Origin: a virus
Reading direction: 5' to 3' (one strand)
Virus record (IMG/VR): IMGVR_UViG_3300045988_146774
Location: 107,897 to 171,896 of that record
DNA length: 64,000 nucleotides
Both the position numbers and the translations under genes were made by a program. Below, one piece after another: positions 8,473 through 19,784 of this stretch. Numbering within the stretch: position 1 is the first letter of the stretch; each line of letters begins with the position of its first letter. Below the pieces are notes generated by a model that was not told where the DNA came from, ran no database searches, and saw only the letters and a program-made list of their open reading frames with translations.

Positions 8473-8915
8473 TGTTTTTTATTCCCCTTGTAGTGTTGTG
8501 GCAATGGCATCCAAGCCTTACACTCTCCAAAAATTCTACCCCATCTCCAGATATGTTTATCTCCATAATCTTGTATTCTTTGGACTTTTGTAACTTTTCC
8601 AGTTGCTGTCGTTACTAATACATTCAGAATTTTATTGCCTTTATAATTAAAATCTTCGGGCATTTGACCATCTTTGCAAACGATCCACGGATTATCTTCA
8701 TCATTTTCACACACAATCAGTTCAAAATACTTTTTCTTATAGTCAAGTACAATACCTAAATCATAAGAACTATAACCAATGTGATAAAAATTCTCTCCTA
8801 CTTCCTTATATTTAATTTCATAATACGGCTTGTCCCCATGTATGGTTACGATAATGTCAAGACTCGTTACTTTGATTTTATTTATTTTTTCTTCTTTCTC
8901 TGAACTCTTATCCAT
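8469..8915 (-). CDS. hypothetical protein
   Basis: 148 aa. Tiles. Confidence 0.65.
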   Translation of the reverse strand: MDKSSEKEEKINKIKVTSLDIIVTIHGDKPYYEIKYKEVGENFYHIGYSSYDLGIVLDYKKKYFELIVCENDEDNPWIVCKDGQMPEDFNYKGNKILNVLVTTATGKVTKVQRIQDYGDKHIWRWGRIFGECKAWMPLPQHYKGNKKQ

Positions 8916-8952
8916 TTTTTATCACCTCGCTTGAAATCGACCTTTCTTTATA

Positions 8953-11286
8953 TTATTCTCTGTCTAATAATTCAACTAAGAAAGTATTTTTATTTATAAC
9001 TCCGCTTGTTTTTGTTGCGTTGTATAAAGCTGTGTTTTGAGCAACTGTAATACATTCTTTTTCAGCTCTTGTCCACAATGTATAAAGAAGTTCTTTTGTT
9101 CTCATCATAGGTGGCGTAGTATTATCGAAAGCACCTATAATAATTCGAGCAGAAGATCCTTGGTATTTATGAACGGTAGAAGCATAACCCAATATGACAC
9201 CATTAATTAAATCACTGGTGCTAAAAGTCATCGTGTCATGAATCATAGGGATATAAACTTTATGAAAACCATAATCGGTTATTTCTGTTAATATTCCACA
9301 CCAACCATTGAACACTCCAGTCTTGTGTTCGCCCACTACTTTATAATTATTCTTTATACACATTACTTTGTCTCCTTCACGTAATGTATAATTTTTATCT
9401 TTAGACTGTTTTACAACAATTTCTTTTTTATCTGGACTAGGTGGATTTATATAATTCTGAACGTCAAGATTTAAGTTAAATACGCTAGAATCTCCACGAT
9501 CTTTGCATGGACATAAAATTTGTATATCCATAATATTTTTAACTATTTCACTGTCGTATTTTTCTTTAAACCATTTCATAACTTTAGAACGTGTATTTTC
9601 TGTTGTGTCAGAGATATCATAATACATGTCCTGTAATTCACCATGAACTACTTCACCTACGAAATTTTTATCTAATACAGGAATTTGATTTCGAAGCTTT
9701 AGCGAATCAGTAATAATTCCTGATTTTTGTGCCTGTCTATGTACTTTAGTCAATTCTATTGTTGTAATAAAGTTGCTATTATACAAATCAAAAGCAAGAT
9801 TCATACATCCAATCGAAGGGAGCTGCCCCATATCTCCAAGGATAATCAATTTAGTACCATTTGGAATAGCTTTAAGCAGAGAAAGAAAAATTTCTCCACC
9901 TACCAATGAAATTTCATCAAGAATAATAATGTCATATGTTAATGGGTCATTTTCATTAAAAGCAAAACCATATGGAGGCTTGAATCCAAGAAGTCTATGA
10001 ATCGTATATCCTTCTTCTCCTGTTACTTCTTGTAATCTTGCCGAAGCTTTACCTGCCAAAGCAGTTTGTGCAAATGTGTAATTTTTTAATGATTCAAGAA
10101 TGCCTGATACCAAAGAACTTTTGCCTGTTCCAGCACCACCTGTAATGAAGCATACTTGCTTATCTAAACCTAATTTGATACCGGCTCTTTGTTCTTCAGT
10201 AAACGTCCAGCCTTGCTTTATTTCTTGTTGTTTTAAAATTTCTTCCCAATCATCATACTTAAATTTATTTTCTGCTTTCGCAATTCGTTTAAGGTGCTTC
10301 GCAATTTCTTCTTCTAATCGATAATATTTTGTTAAATACACTCTACGTTGAGATTTAGATTCATTTTCTTCAATTTGAATAATTCCATTATCCTTTAAGC
10401 CTTTAATTGCCTCATTAATATTATTCCCTATAATGTTGTCATTTTCATCTTTATAAACTTCAAGTATATTTTCTTTTCCACCAAACTCTTCAAAAATAAA
10501 CGATGTTAATTCTCCAGAAGTAATGAATGAATTACCTTCTTGAGCTTGTTCATTAAGGATATAGTTGATATAACCTTTAATTCTATCCGGGTCAGTTCTT
10601 TTTATCCCACCTTTTAGAGCGATATCATCTGCTGTTTTAAATCCAATTCCCTCTACATCAAAACTTAGTTGGTACGGATTATTTTTAACAATTTCAATTA
10701 CTTTTTGAGGATTGCTGTACTTTTTCACTAATTTTTGAATAAATTTAGGTGTTAATCCATATTTATCTAATTCAATATACATTTCACAATTATCACGATT
10801 TTCTTCAAAGCGTTCAATTATACAATTAGCAATATAATCTCCGACACCATGTACTTTCTTTAAAGATTCAATATCATGCTCTTTTATTACTTCTAAAGGA
10901 TTGTCTAAAACTTTATACATTTCTTTTATCTGTATATCAGAAAGGAACGTCTTTAAAAAAGCTTTTTGATTCTTTACTTTAGATAAATCTAAATTCTTTG
11001 CAAAATATAATAATTCATATTGCAAGCCACGATCCTGACTGTGAACTTCTTTAGCAATGATAATGTAATCATCAGCATATTCTATCTTTTCTTCATAGTT
11101 TCCTTTGACTACTATAGTTCCCCATGAATCAATATGAGGTTCACCTTCAATAACATCTATAGGATTCCAACTTACAATACCAAAATTGTTTCCACCCTCC
11201 CCAAGTACATCTGGATACTTAGGGAATAAGATACGATTCATTCTTGCTTGTATCTTAATGATATTAGAGTCCGTCATTTTCACCAA
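8953..11286 (-). CDS. RecD2-like SF1B DNA helicase
   Basis: 777 aa. Helix-hairpin-helix repeats (VHGVGDYIA, VEGIGFKTADDIA), Walker A GGAGTGKS, DEISLV Walker B, C-terminal TVHKYQGSSA. Confidence 0.85.
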   Translation of the reverse strand: MVKMTDSNIIKIQARMNRILFPKYPDVLGEGGNNFGIVSWNPIDVIEGEPHIDSWGTIVVKGNYEEKIEYADDYIIIAKEVHSQDRGLQYELLYFAKNLDLSKVKNQKAFLKTFLSDIQIKEMYKVLDNPLEVIKEHDIESLKKVHGVGDYIANCIIERFEENRDNCEMYIELDKYGLTPKFIQKLVKKYSNPQKVIEIVKNNPYQLSFDVEGIGFKTADDIALKGGIKRTDPDRIKGYINYILNEQAQEGNSFITSGELTSFIFEEFGGKENILEVYKDENDNIIGNNINEAIKGLKDNGIIQIEENESKSQRRVYLTKYYRLEEEIAKHLKRIAKAENKFKYDDWEEILKQQEIKQGWTFTEEQRAGIKLGLDKQVCFITGGAGTGKSSLVSGILESLKNYTFAQTALAGKASARLQEVTGEEGYTIHRLLGFKPPYGFAFNENDPLTYDIIILDEISLVGGEIFLSLLKAIPNGTKLIILGDMGQLPSIGCMNLAFDLYNSNFITTIELTKVHRQAQKSGIITDSLKLRNQIPVLDKNFVGEVVHGELQDMYYDISDTTENTRSKVMKWFKEKYDSEIVKNIMDIQILCPCKDRGDSSVFNLNLDVQNYINPPSPDKKEIVVKQSKDKNYTLREGDKVMCIKNNYKVVGEHKTGVFNGWCGILTEITDYGFHKVYIPMIHDTMTFSTSDLINGVILGYASTVHKYQGSSARIIIGAFDNTTPPMMRTKELLYTLWTRAEKECITVAQNTALYNATKTSGVINKNTFLVELLDRE

Positions 11287-14200
11287 TCCTTTCTGATTGA
11301 AGCTTTAATTCACCTTTTTCATTAATATCTGTAATTAACTGCAATGTATGTCTATAAGCAGAATCTGCATATTTCTTTGGAACGAATTGTTCTTCACGCC
11401 TATAACCGGTTACAAGAAGCTTGTTCCCTCTACCAAACCATGATTTTTCGAGAACCGTTTTTGTTCCATCTTCATTTAATTCAGATATTTGTTTGTCATA
11501 AAAACTAAATTGACCTTTGTAGAATTTAATTGTCACAACTCCTGAAGGAGTAAGTAGTGTAACCATATGTTTATTTTTATCTTTGTCTAACACTGTTCCG
11601 CAAATTCTTGTAAGCTTAAAGCGTGGTTTCTCCTGTCCACGATATACATAATATTCAGAAATTTGCGGTTCTTCAGGCAAAGTTGAGAAATCAGATATTA
11701 GATATTCTTCTTTATTAACATGAGCTAATTCGTGTTCATGATAATAATAACTAAGTGAGTCCATTTCCCATTTGGAAATATTACCTTCGACCTTTTCATT
11801 CCACTTTGTTACAAAACGATTTTCATTAACTGCTTGTAGCATTTCAGGTTTCTTTAATATATTCTCTTCAAATGATTTCATTAATTTCTTAAATTCACGA
11901 TCGATACTTCCTCTTTTTACTAGAATTCTTCCATCATCAGAATATTTGTAGTCCTTGTCTTCTTGCATGTTGGTTTCAAAATGCTCAAAGAAAAATGGTT
12001 CTGCAAATTGTTGATCAAGTTGATAAAAATAAGTATTTTGTGATTTTCCAGCTTTTTCTTTTAAGAATTTACTTTGAAGGATATATTTCCTAAATTTTAC
12101 TAATCGTAATTCATACTGCTCTTGTTCTTTCGTTAATAAACCCAGTTCATGCAGAACAAAAATTGAGTCAATCTGCAAAGTTTTTAATGGTTTTGATATT
12201 TGACGAATATAATCCTTCATAATATCTTCTCTTTTTTTATTCTCTAAATGATCAAAAGCACCTGCTTTGATAAGTGTAATTACCGCACTTTCTCCGAATT
12301 TATTCTCTTTCGCAAGTGTTTTATATTTTTCTATTTTTTCAAGGAAATTATTTAGACTTGTATATGGACGATTAGATATAATTGCTTGAGCTTCTGTATC
12401 ACCAATTCCAGAAATTCCTTTTAGACCAAAAAGAATTATATTGTCACGTTCTTCCGGTTTAAAACCAAAACCTGATTCATTAATATCCGGCACTTCAACT
12501 GTTGTTCCTGTATTTTGGAATTTTCCAATCGCTGTTGCAATTTTTCCATAATTCGTAGTTTTTTTGTTGCCTTCTAAGCTACCAGAATCTACAATTAAAT
12601 TAGCTGTGTTCCAATATATAATTGGATAACGATAGCATAAATTTAATTCTTGTAGACCTATTAATGAATATGCGAGTGTATGCGATCGATTAAATCCGTA
12701 CCCTCGCTGCGTTCTAATAAGAACATTCCACACATAATTTGTTAAATTCTCGTCCAAATGCTTGTCTTTAGCATTCTGAAAGAATTCTTTTTGCAATTGT
12801 TCGAAATCCTGTGGTTTCTTTTTTGCAACAGCTTTTCGTAATTTATCACCCCAAGCAAGTGAAAATCCTCCAATTTTGGGATGCATAGTAAGAAGAATTA
12901 AATACTCTTGAGCTTCACAAATTCCGCAAGATACACTTAATATATCTTTTAATATTTCTTGATCTTCTGGCTTTACTCCATGCTCATCCATCTCGTTATA
13001 CCATTCTGTTATATTTTTCTTGAAACGAGCATACTTTTCTAAAGGGGATTCCCCTTCGTCATCAGCCATAAGTCTCATAACCGAATTAATGGTAGCAAGA
13101 TCATCGACTGATTCCGGCTTTGTTAAAGCTACCGCTTGAATACCACTTTGTTTCTCCATCTGAAAAAATGACATAATTTCACGATTCCAAAGCATTTTCC
13201 ACATATCTTTGTTATCACGTTCAAGATTATAAATGCCTATGCAATGTTCGTAGGTTTCTTTTAAAGTGGGATATTTCTTTATTTTTCCATACTCTACCAA
13301 AAGATTTAAGCATGTATTAATCTTGTCTAATCCTTCAGTAGCAAGTAAATCTACTTTAATAAGTGATACGTCTTCACATTCGTGTAAGTCATATTGAGTA
13401 ATAATTTCTCCAGAATTCGTTTTCATTAAAGCAGTGGTTTTTGTAAAAGGCTCATCTACAATAATTACTCCACCTGCATGAGATCCACATCCATTAACCA
13501 CGCCTTCAATCTTTTGAGCAACTTCCCATAATTCCGGATATTTATTCATTTCGTTACGAAACGTAGTATCTGGAGCATAATCCTTATCACCATAATACAT
13601 TTGCGTTAAGGTTCGTAATTGTCCTCTATCCGAAATAATCAAAGACGATAAATAAATTGCAATATCATCATTAATTCCCAACCCTCTTGCAGCGGTTTGA
13701 ATTGCACTTTTACTTTTTTCAGTATTTAAGGTAAGCACTTTACTTACTCTATCATGCCCATAAGTATCTTTAATTGCATTAATTACTTCATCTCGTTTAC
13801 TACTGCATACATCGACATCAATATCAAGAACTGATGCTCTTTCCGGATTAAGGAACCTCCAACTATATGTTTTAGTTTTTTCTCGCAGAGGATTAATTTG
13901 TGTGATTCCAAGCATATACAGAAGAATGAATCCAACACCTGAGCCTCGACCAGGGCAGACTAAACTTTTCGTCCATGCTATATCAACATAATCTGCAATT
14001 TGTAAAAGATAAGCTGACCAAGGAACTTTCATTTTTTCTGAACTTGTTTTAATAGAATTAAGACACTCCGTAACTGCATCATATGTTTTTTGATTTTGAA
14101 ATTGTTTGTCTTTACTAAAGGCATTTAGAAGTCTTGACACCATATGTCTATCAGATGGTTCTTTTGATTCGCTAAAATATTTTAAGAGAGGAACTTTTTC

Positions 14201-15172
14201 ATAATAATCACTATTATTTGGCGGATCTTCCTTGTACAAAGGAATATAAGGAATATGTAATGGCTTACATAAGTCGTAATACTCAACCATATCATAAATT
14301 AACATCGTATTGTTAATCCCGGTTTCTACTGCTTCATACCCTAAATACATATCCATATATGAATGAATTTCATCTTCTGACATCATATAAGTTGTTGCGT
14401 AAAAAGAATCTACTTCTCGTTCAACATCCTGCGCCTTCAAAAATGCTGAATGCGCTTTTGCATCTTCTTTTTTTAGATAATGAACATCTGTTGTAATGAT
14501 GTAATTAATACCTGTTTTATCTGATATTTCCTTTATATATTTATTTACAAATACTTGTTCTTCACCATGAGAAGGCTGCATTTCTAAAAAGAAATTTTCT
14601 TGACCAAATAATCGAACCATTTTCTCAATCCATCTAAAGCACATATCATAATATTTTTCTTCTCCGGTATCTTTATAAAGAAGAAGCATTCTTCCCAAAG
14701 TTCCTCCAATACACGCTGTAGATGCTATCAAATGACCTTTATTTTTACTTACCACTTCAATTAAGTTATTATAATATGTAGGAACTCGCATCATTACATT
14801 CATGAAAGAGTTCTTTGTCCATGCAATATTGGACAAAATACATAGCTGTTCAAAGCCAATTCTATCTTTTGCCAGCAAAATAAAATGAGGAAATATTGAA
14901 GGCTTTTCTCCTTCTGGGACATCCTTACACAAATAAATCTCATTCCCATTAATAACTTTAAAATCTTTCCAATCTTCTTCACTCATTTTGCTAGTAATAT
15001 ATTTATTAGCTTTAAGTGAAGAAGAGATTGTTTCATGATTTGTGATTGCAACACCTTTATGTCCTAATTCATGAGCATAGTCAATTAATTCAGTTGTTCT
15101 AACCAAAGCGTCTCTGCCCCTGAAATTACTTCGTTCGTCATGACAATGACATGGAACAAACATCTTCTCCAC
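11264..15172 (-). CDS. dnaE: DNA polymerase III alpha subunit (DnaE-type)
   Basis: 1302 aa. N-terminal PHP domain (HCHDERSNFRGRDA.., ITNHE), GRGSGVGF palm motif, HhH region GISGIGDTEAQAI, C-terminal OB-like tail. No inserted exonuclease domain seen. Confidence 0.9.
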   Translation of the reverse strand: MEKMFVPCHCHDERSNFRGRDALVRTTELIDYAHELGHKGVAITNHETISSSLKANKYITSKMSEEDWKDFKVINGNEIYLCKDVPEGEKPSIFPHFILLAKDRIGFEQLCILSNIAWTKNSFMNVMMRVPTYYNNLIEVVSKNKGHLIASTACIGGTLGRMLLLYKDTGEEKYYDMCFRWIEKMVRLFGQENFFLEMQPSHGEEQVFVNKYIKEISDKTGINYIITTDVHYLKKEDAKAHSAFLKAQDVEREVDSFYATTYMMSEDEIHSYMDMYLGYEAVETGINNTMLIYDMVEYYDLCKPLHIPYIPLYKEDPPNNSDYYEKVPLLKYFSESKEPSDRHMVSRLLNAFSKDKQFQNQKTYDAVTECLNSIKTSSEKMKVPWSAYLLQIADYVDIAWTKSLVCPGRGSGVGFILLYMLGITQINPLREKTKTYSWRFLNPERASVLDIDVDVCSSKRDEVINAIKDTYGHDRVSKVLTLNTEKSKSAIQTAARGLGINDDIAIYLSSLIISDRGQLRTLTQMYYGDKDYAPDTTFRNEMNKYPELWEVAQKIEGVVNGCGSHAGGVIIVDEPFTKTTALMKTNSGEIITQYDLHECEDVSLIKVDLLATEGLDKINTCLNLLVEYGKIKKYPTLKETYEHCIGIYNLERDNKDMWKMLWNREIMSFFQMEKQSGIQAVALTKPESVDDLATINSVMRLMADDEGESPLEKYARFKKNITEWYNEMDEHGVKPEDQEILKDILSVSCGICEAQEYLILLTMHPKIGGFSLAWGDKLRKAVAKKKPQDFEQLQKEFFQNAKDKHLDENLTNYVWNVLIRTQRGYGFNRSHTLAYSLIGLQELNLCYRYPIIYWNTANLIVDSGSLEGNKKTTNYGKIATAIGKFQNTGTTVEVPDINESGFGFKPEERDNIILFGLKGISGIGDTEAQAIISNRPYTSLNNFLEKIEKYKTLAKENKFGESAVITLIKAGAFDHLENKKREDIMKDYIRQISKPLKTLQIDSIFVLHELGLLTKEQEQYELRLVKFRKYILQSKFLKEKAGKSQNTYFYQLDQQFAEPFFFEHFETNMQEDKDYKYSDDGRILVKRGSIDREFKKLMKSFEENILKKPEMLQAVNENRFVTKWNEKVEGNISKWEMDSLSYYYHEHELAHVNKEEYLISDFSTLPEEPQISEYYVYRGQEKPRFKLTRICGTVLDKDKNKHMVTLLTPSGVVTIKFYKGQFSFYDKQISELNEDGTKTVLEKSWFGRGNKLLVTGYRREEQFVPKKYADSAYRHTLQLITDINEKGELKLQSERIGENDGL

Positions 15173-15184
15173 ACCTCCTAGATT

Positions 15185-17026
15185 CTAAAATAGAAAATCA
15201 TCGTCTATTTCAAATAACTTATTATTTGTTTCATCAGGTATATATTCTCTGCTTTCATAATATTTAATCTTTACTTGTGGATATTTATTACCATTCCACT
15301 CATTTACTACAAAATTACCAATAATATTTAATTGCAGTTGTTTTTTATTTTCACCAAGAGTATTTCTATCTCTCAAAGTCATGTTTTCCCATTCATCTTT
15401 ACTGCAATATTTTTTTACATAATCTATTCCATTGTAAGTAAACTTAATAAAATTCTTATTGTCTCCGTATCCGATAATATCCTTTGCCGGAATATTAATT
15501 CCTGTAATTGCAAATGTCGGCTCTGGAATTCCTTTCCCCCAAATCTGATAAGATTGAGCTACTTTCATTACTGATAAAGGAATCAATTCATCTGCTGATA
15601 CTTCATAATCTACTTGGTGAATTGTAACTAAATCTTCCAATTTAAGTTTAGAATTACATAAAATAATTGCTTTATTGAGTTCTTCCTTTTTCAAAGAAAC
15701 TCCAAAAGCATTAGGATGCCCCATGCATTCAAATACACCTGTCTCTTCTAAAAAAGAATTAAAATTGTCAATGGTTCCTTTATCGTATCCTCGTCCTGAC
15801 CCACCATAATAATCTTTATCTTTAGCTCTTAAGATCACAATTGGTCTCCGGTACTTCTCTGCTAATTTATTCGCCACAAGACCTGTAACTGTTTTCTTAT
15901 CTACTATGTCAGTAGCATCAATAATAATTACACTGTTTTTATCTAATTCTTTTTTTTCAATTTCCTCTTCAAGCTTCTTCATAAAAGACCGAACATCTTT
16001 GTCTTGGCGATTTTTTACATTCGAGCATACTCTAGCCATTGTTTGCTGAAGTGTATGAATTTCAATAGGCGGTTTTGGATCAGAGGCATGTTTTCTTCTT
16101 GGCTGATATTCTCTATCTTCTTTTTCTCCACACAACGCCCTAAACAAATCATCTTGCTCCTCTTTTTTACCATATCGAATTGTACCATTTAATTTAGGTG
16201 CAATTACCCACCCAATACTTTCCAAAGTAAAGCCCAGTTTCATATCATCGGCATTTCTTTTGGCTAATTCTTGAATTAAAAGATTATGAATATTTTCTTC
16301 TTTTAACCCTTCTAAAGCATAATAACGAGTCTCAAAATTCCTCATATCCATAGAATCAGCAATCATACCTAAAGCAACTAAATCTAAATAATAATTACAT
16401 ACTTCTTCATTAATGCTATAAGTTTGTGCATAAGCAAGACAAAACTTGTGTACAACACCAACACCTGACAAAGTATTGTTAGGATAATATCCATCAGTAC
16501 AATTAATCACCGTTGCATATTTTAATACTTCATTGTCAATTTCATGATGGTCAAGAACTAAAATTGGAACATCATATTTTTCTTTAATTGTTTTAAATAC
16601 TTGAATGGATTCACTGCCGGAACCGGCATCCGGAATAATAATCAGACTTAAATGATCTATGTATGGTTCTATATCTTTTAAAATTAGTCCATGTTCCTTT
16701 TGATAATTTCCAACACAAACAACTTCTGTTTCTGGAGAAATATCTTCAATAAAACCTTTTATATATGCTGCGGATGTATAACCATCCACATCGGGATCTC
16801 TTTTTATTAAAATTGTTTTCCCTAAATTCTGATGTAAAAGTTCAATTCCTTTCTTCATATTTTTAAAAAGAAAGGGGTCGTAAGTATCATTTTTATTTAC
16901 ATGTAAGAAACCATAAATATCTTCAATCCCAGCTTGCGTAAGAATAGTTTCTAAAAAATCATTCTCTTTATTAAAATTGCATTTATTTAAAGTTTTCCAT
17001 AAAAGTTTTTCGTTAATCAAAATCAC
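15185..17026 (-). CDS. RecJ-like DHH/DHHA1 phosphoesterase (ssDNA exonuclease family)
   Basis: 613 aa. DPDVDG, IIPDAGSG, VLDHHE (DHH), MGHPNAFG (GGH-like DHHA1). Confidence 0.75.
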   Translation of the reverse strand: MILINEKLLWKTLNKCNFNKENDFLETILTQAGIEDIYGFLHVNKNDTYDPFLFKNMKKGIELLHQNLGKTILIKRDPDVDGYTSAAYIKGFIEDISPETEVVCVGNYQKEHGLILKDIEPYIDHLSLIIIPDAGSGSESIQVFKTIKEKYDVPILVLDHHEIDNEVLKYATVINCTDGYYPNNTLSGVGVVHKFCLAYAQTYSINEEVCNYYLDLVALGMIADSMDMRNFETRYYALEGLKEENIHNLLIQELAKRNADDMKLGFTLESIGWVIAPKLNGTIRYGKKEEQDDLFRALCGEKEDREYQPRRKHASDPKPPIEIHTLQQTMARVCSNVKNRQDKDVRSFMKKLEEEIEKKELDKNSVIIIDATDIVDKKTVTGLVANKLAEKYRRPIVILRAKDKDYYGGSGRGYDKGTIDNFNSFLEETGVFECMGHPNAFGVSLKKEELNKAIILCNSKLKLEDLVTIHQVDYEVSADELIPLSVMKVAQSYQIWGKGIPEPTFAITGINIPAKDIIGYGDNKNFIKFTYNGIDYVKKYCSKDEWENMTLRDRNTLGENKKQLQLNIIGNFVVNEWNGNKYPQVKIKYYESREYIPDETNNKLFEIDDDFLF

Positions 17027-18140
17027 CTTCTCTTTCAGTGCTTACTTCTATCTTGTTTTTCATAATTTCCTCTAATACATCTTTTCCCCTATCGAAAGGA
17101 GAATCTTTTCTTTGAAGCAACCCGTCAAAATCCCAAAGTATATAAGTTCTACAATAAGCTGTAAATTTATATGCAAGGGAATATAAACGTTTTATATACC
17201 TAAGATATTTCTTATATTCAATATTATCTTCGTCAGCGTTTTCGAAATCAGAAGGCTCGAAATCTTTATCATAACCAAGCATTACTTCTTCAACTCCAAG
17301 GCTTAGTATCATGTCTCGTTGCCAATTTGAAATATTAAATCCGCAAGTTGCAATTACAAAAGCATCATCCCCATAATAATCATGGGCAAGCATTACACTT
17401 TTTTCAGATTCTACAAGCACTACTTTTTTAATTCTCTGGATACCTTTGACATGCATATTTAAACCATAAAGATTGAAATTTAATGAATGGTTGTACTGTA
17501 TTCCCTCTATGATTTCAGGCATATATTTGTTATTCTTGTCTTTTTCTTGTAAACTACGTCTACGAATCCCGATAAGATTCCCAGCAATATCATAATGTGG
17601 AATTATAATATGTTTCTCAGACTCATACCATCTAATATTAAAAGTCTTCATTGTATCAATTGATATTCCTTCGTCAATCCACCCCTGGTAAAAAACGTCA
17701 TCCTCAAAATAGTCCAGAATTTTTCCATTGATGGGTGCTAAGTTCTTTACGGTTTTTTGCATTTTTTTGTTTTTTCGCAAAGAGATATATTTATCAATTT
17801 TATTTATTTCCTGTGTCATTTGAGAGATTTTCGTATTAAAGCCATAACGATTATTTATCCCCAATCGTTTAGCCACGAAAAGAATTGATTCTGAAAAATT
17901 ACAATCTAAGACTTTCATTATTAGATTAAATAATGACATTTTACCGCAGTTTGTATAACAGTAAAATGTTTTGGTATTTCTATAGTAACAGAGTTTGTGA
18001 CTATCACCACCATGACATATGGTATTAAACCATATCTCATTTTCTTTAGCAGCCCCATATTGTTCTGCTCCGAATTCTCGTAGTAACTCCAATATCTGAT
18101 CTTCAGTTATTGTTTGGATCAAATAATCTTTGTCAATCAT
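17013..18140 (-). CDS. dnaG: DNA primase (DnaG-like: Zn finger + TOPRIM)
   Basis: 375 aa. CHGGDSHKLCYY..FYCYTNCG zinc finger, TOPRIM VLVESEKSV and GYDKD. Confidence 0.8.
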   Translation of the reverse strand: MIDKDYLIQTITEDQILELLREFGAEQYGAAKENEIWFNTICHGGDSHKLCYYRNTKTFYCYTNCGKMSLFNLIMKVLDCNFSESILFVAKRLGINNRYGFNTKISQMTQEINKIDKYISLRKNKKMQKTVKNLAPINGKILDYFEDDVFYQGWIDEGISIDTMKTFNIRWYESEKHIIIPHYDIAGNLIGIRRRSLQEKDKNNKYMPEIIEGIQYNHSLNFNLYGLNMHVKGIQRIKKVVLVESEKSVMLAHDYYGDDAFVIATCGFNISNWQRDMILSLGVEEVMLGYDKDFEPSDFENADEDNIEYKKYLRYIKRLYSLAYKFTAYCRTYILWDFDGLLQRKDSPFDRGKDVLEEIMKNKIEVSTEREGDFD

Positions 18141-18151
18141 TAACTCACCCC

Positions 18152-19774
18152 TTAGAAATTGATTTCGTCATTAGAATTATCTGTAATGACTAATTTATCT
18201 AAAGGTTTTCTACTAGCTGTATTTGAAGCAAAGTCTTCATCATTAACATTAATATAAGTTTTCTCAATGTCTTTAATTAATTTATATTCATAATCTGTTA
18301 CAAACAAATCGTGTACTCGCATAGTCGAATACTCGATGTACATCCAAATTTTAATCTTATTCCATTTACCCCCACGATTTTTATAAAGGGAATAAATTAA
18401 ATTCGGAGTAGGTTTATTAATCATTTCACGTAAAATTGGTTCTACTTTTTTTAACTCTTTTTCTGTTGGTGGCATTGCAATTAATGCCCCATCAGCTTTA
18501 TCAATAATTGATTTCGCACCTCTTACAATAGTTTGATCACGATTGGCTTCATTCTTGAAATCTCCTGTAACCTGTGTAAAACTATCAATTGAAACATCAA
18601 ATTTACGTGTGAAATTTTTCAACTTCTTTGAAAGATTTGCTAATACTTGATCTTCTCTCACAACCATTTTAGTTTTAGATTCTGCTGCGAATTCACTATT
18701 CAATTCTACAGTAGCAGCAATATAATCAAACCATACATATTCAATGTCGTGTTCAAGCTTATGAGTTTCTATAATCTCTTCCAAGGTATTGGCATCATAT
18801 TCTGGCACATATTCAAACCAAATATTTGCTTCATGTTCTAGAATATCAATTGCTTTATCTACTCTTTCTTCTTCCCCATCTTCATACATATTGAACTCAA
18901 TATGATCCTGTGGAACATCGGCAATATATGCCCAAAGAATCGGGTCGATTTCTTCAAGTAATTCCATCTCAGTTCCTATGTATAATGCCCCATTATGTTT
19001 ACCATTAGGATTCTCACACCATTTATTTAATGACTTATCGTAGTAATATGGAGCGCAAGCATAACCAATATCTGCAATACTCGTCCTGGTTTTTCCAACC
19101 CCAGTTCCAGCAGATTTTACGTTAAATCTTCGTTTTCTAATTCCATGCAAAGCTGTGGTCAGATAAGAACTTGAATATCCGATTCCCCATGCCGTATCTT
19201 GTTTCCATCGTTCTTTTTGTTCATGACCACCCACACCAGCTTTTTTTGAATCACGACCTTCATTATTTAAAAAGGGAGCTATAATTTCAGAATGCATTCT
19301 TTTAAAATGATTAATGATATCTTGAATAGAACTGTTATCCAATTTCTTTCGCTGATTTTCGATAGTTATTGGATCAATTTCATCTGGATCAAAGAATTCT
19401 GACACGTCTATACCTTTTTCAACATATCGACGCAATAAAGAGAACTTTTTTAATTGCTCATAATAATATTTAAAGTTACAGGAAAGAGCCATTTCATATG
19501 CTTTTTCAATATAAGAAACCCCTTCATTTTTCGTAAAAACTTGATATTGAGTTTCGTAATTAGATAAATAATCATCAATTGCCACTGCATCTATAGATTC
19601 TGCTCCATTTTTGTACAAATTATTTATTGCGCTGAAAATTAACTTATGAAATTTCTCTGGAAAATCGCTCGTAACAATTTTATATTTTCGAATCAATGAA
19701 GGATCTTGCAACAAACCACCTATTACTTCTCTAATAGCTTGTTTGTTTGTATAACTATTTACTTTCTTCTTCAA
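18152..19774 (-). CDS. dnaB: replicative DNA helicase (DnaB family)
   Basis: 540 aa. DnaB-type N-terminal domain, Walker A SAGTGVGKT, position next to primase. Confidence 0.8.
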   Translation of the reverse strand: MKKKVNSYTNKQAIREVIGGLLQDPSLIRKYKIVTSDFPEKFHKLIFSAINNLYKNGAESIDAVAIDDYLSNYETQYQVFTKNEGVSYIEKAYEMALSCNFKYYYEQLKKFSLLRRYVEKGIDVSEFFDPDEIDPITIENQRKKLDNSSIQDIINHFKRMHSEIIAPFLNNEGRDSKKAGVGGHEQKERWKQDTAWGIGYSSSYLTTALHGIRKRRFNVKSAGTGVGKTRTSIADIGYACAPYYYDKSLNKWCENPNGKHNGALYIGTEMELLEEIDPILWAYIADVPQDHIEFNMYEDGEEERVDKAIDILEHEANIWFEYVPEYDANTLEEIIETHKLEHDIEYVWFDYIAATVELNSEFAAESKTKMVVREDQVLANLSKKLKNFTRKFDVSIDSFTQVTGDFKNEANRDQTIVRGAKSIIDKADGALIAMPPTEKELKKVEPILREMINKPTPNLIYSLYKNRGGKWNKIKIWMYIEYSTMRVHDLFVTDYEYKLIKDIEKTYINVNDEDFASNTASRKPLDKLVITDNSNDEINF

Positions 19775-19784
19775 TTAAGCCACC

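Noticed and set aside
14800-14982. Short minus-strand ORFs nested in other frames of larger genes (14800-14982 in dnaE, 22023-22205 in the SSB-like gene, 50126-50308 in paralog 3)
   Set aside because: They lie fully inside strongly supported genes in a different frame, with no independent signal.
11264-19774. Inteins or introns inside dnaE / dnaB
   Set aside because: Both ORFs are continuous. No Cys/Ser...His-Asn splice-junction blocks or homing-endonuclease motifs (LAGLIDADG, HNH, GIY-YIG) were seen in the translations.
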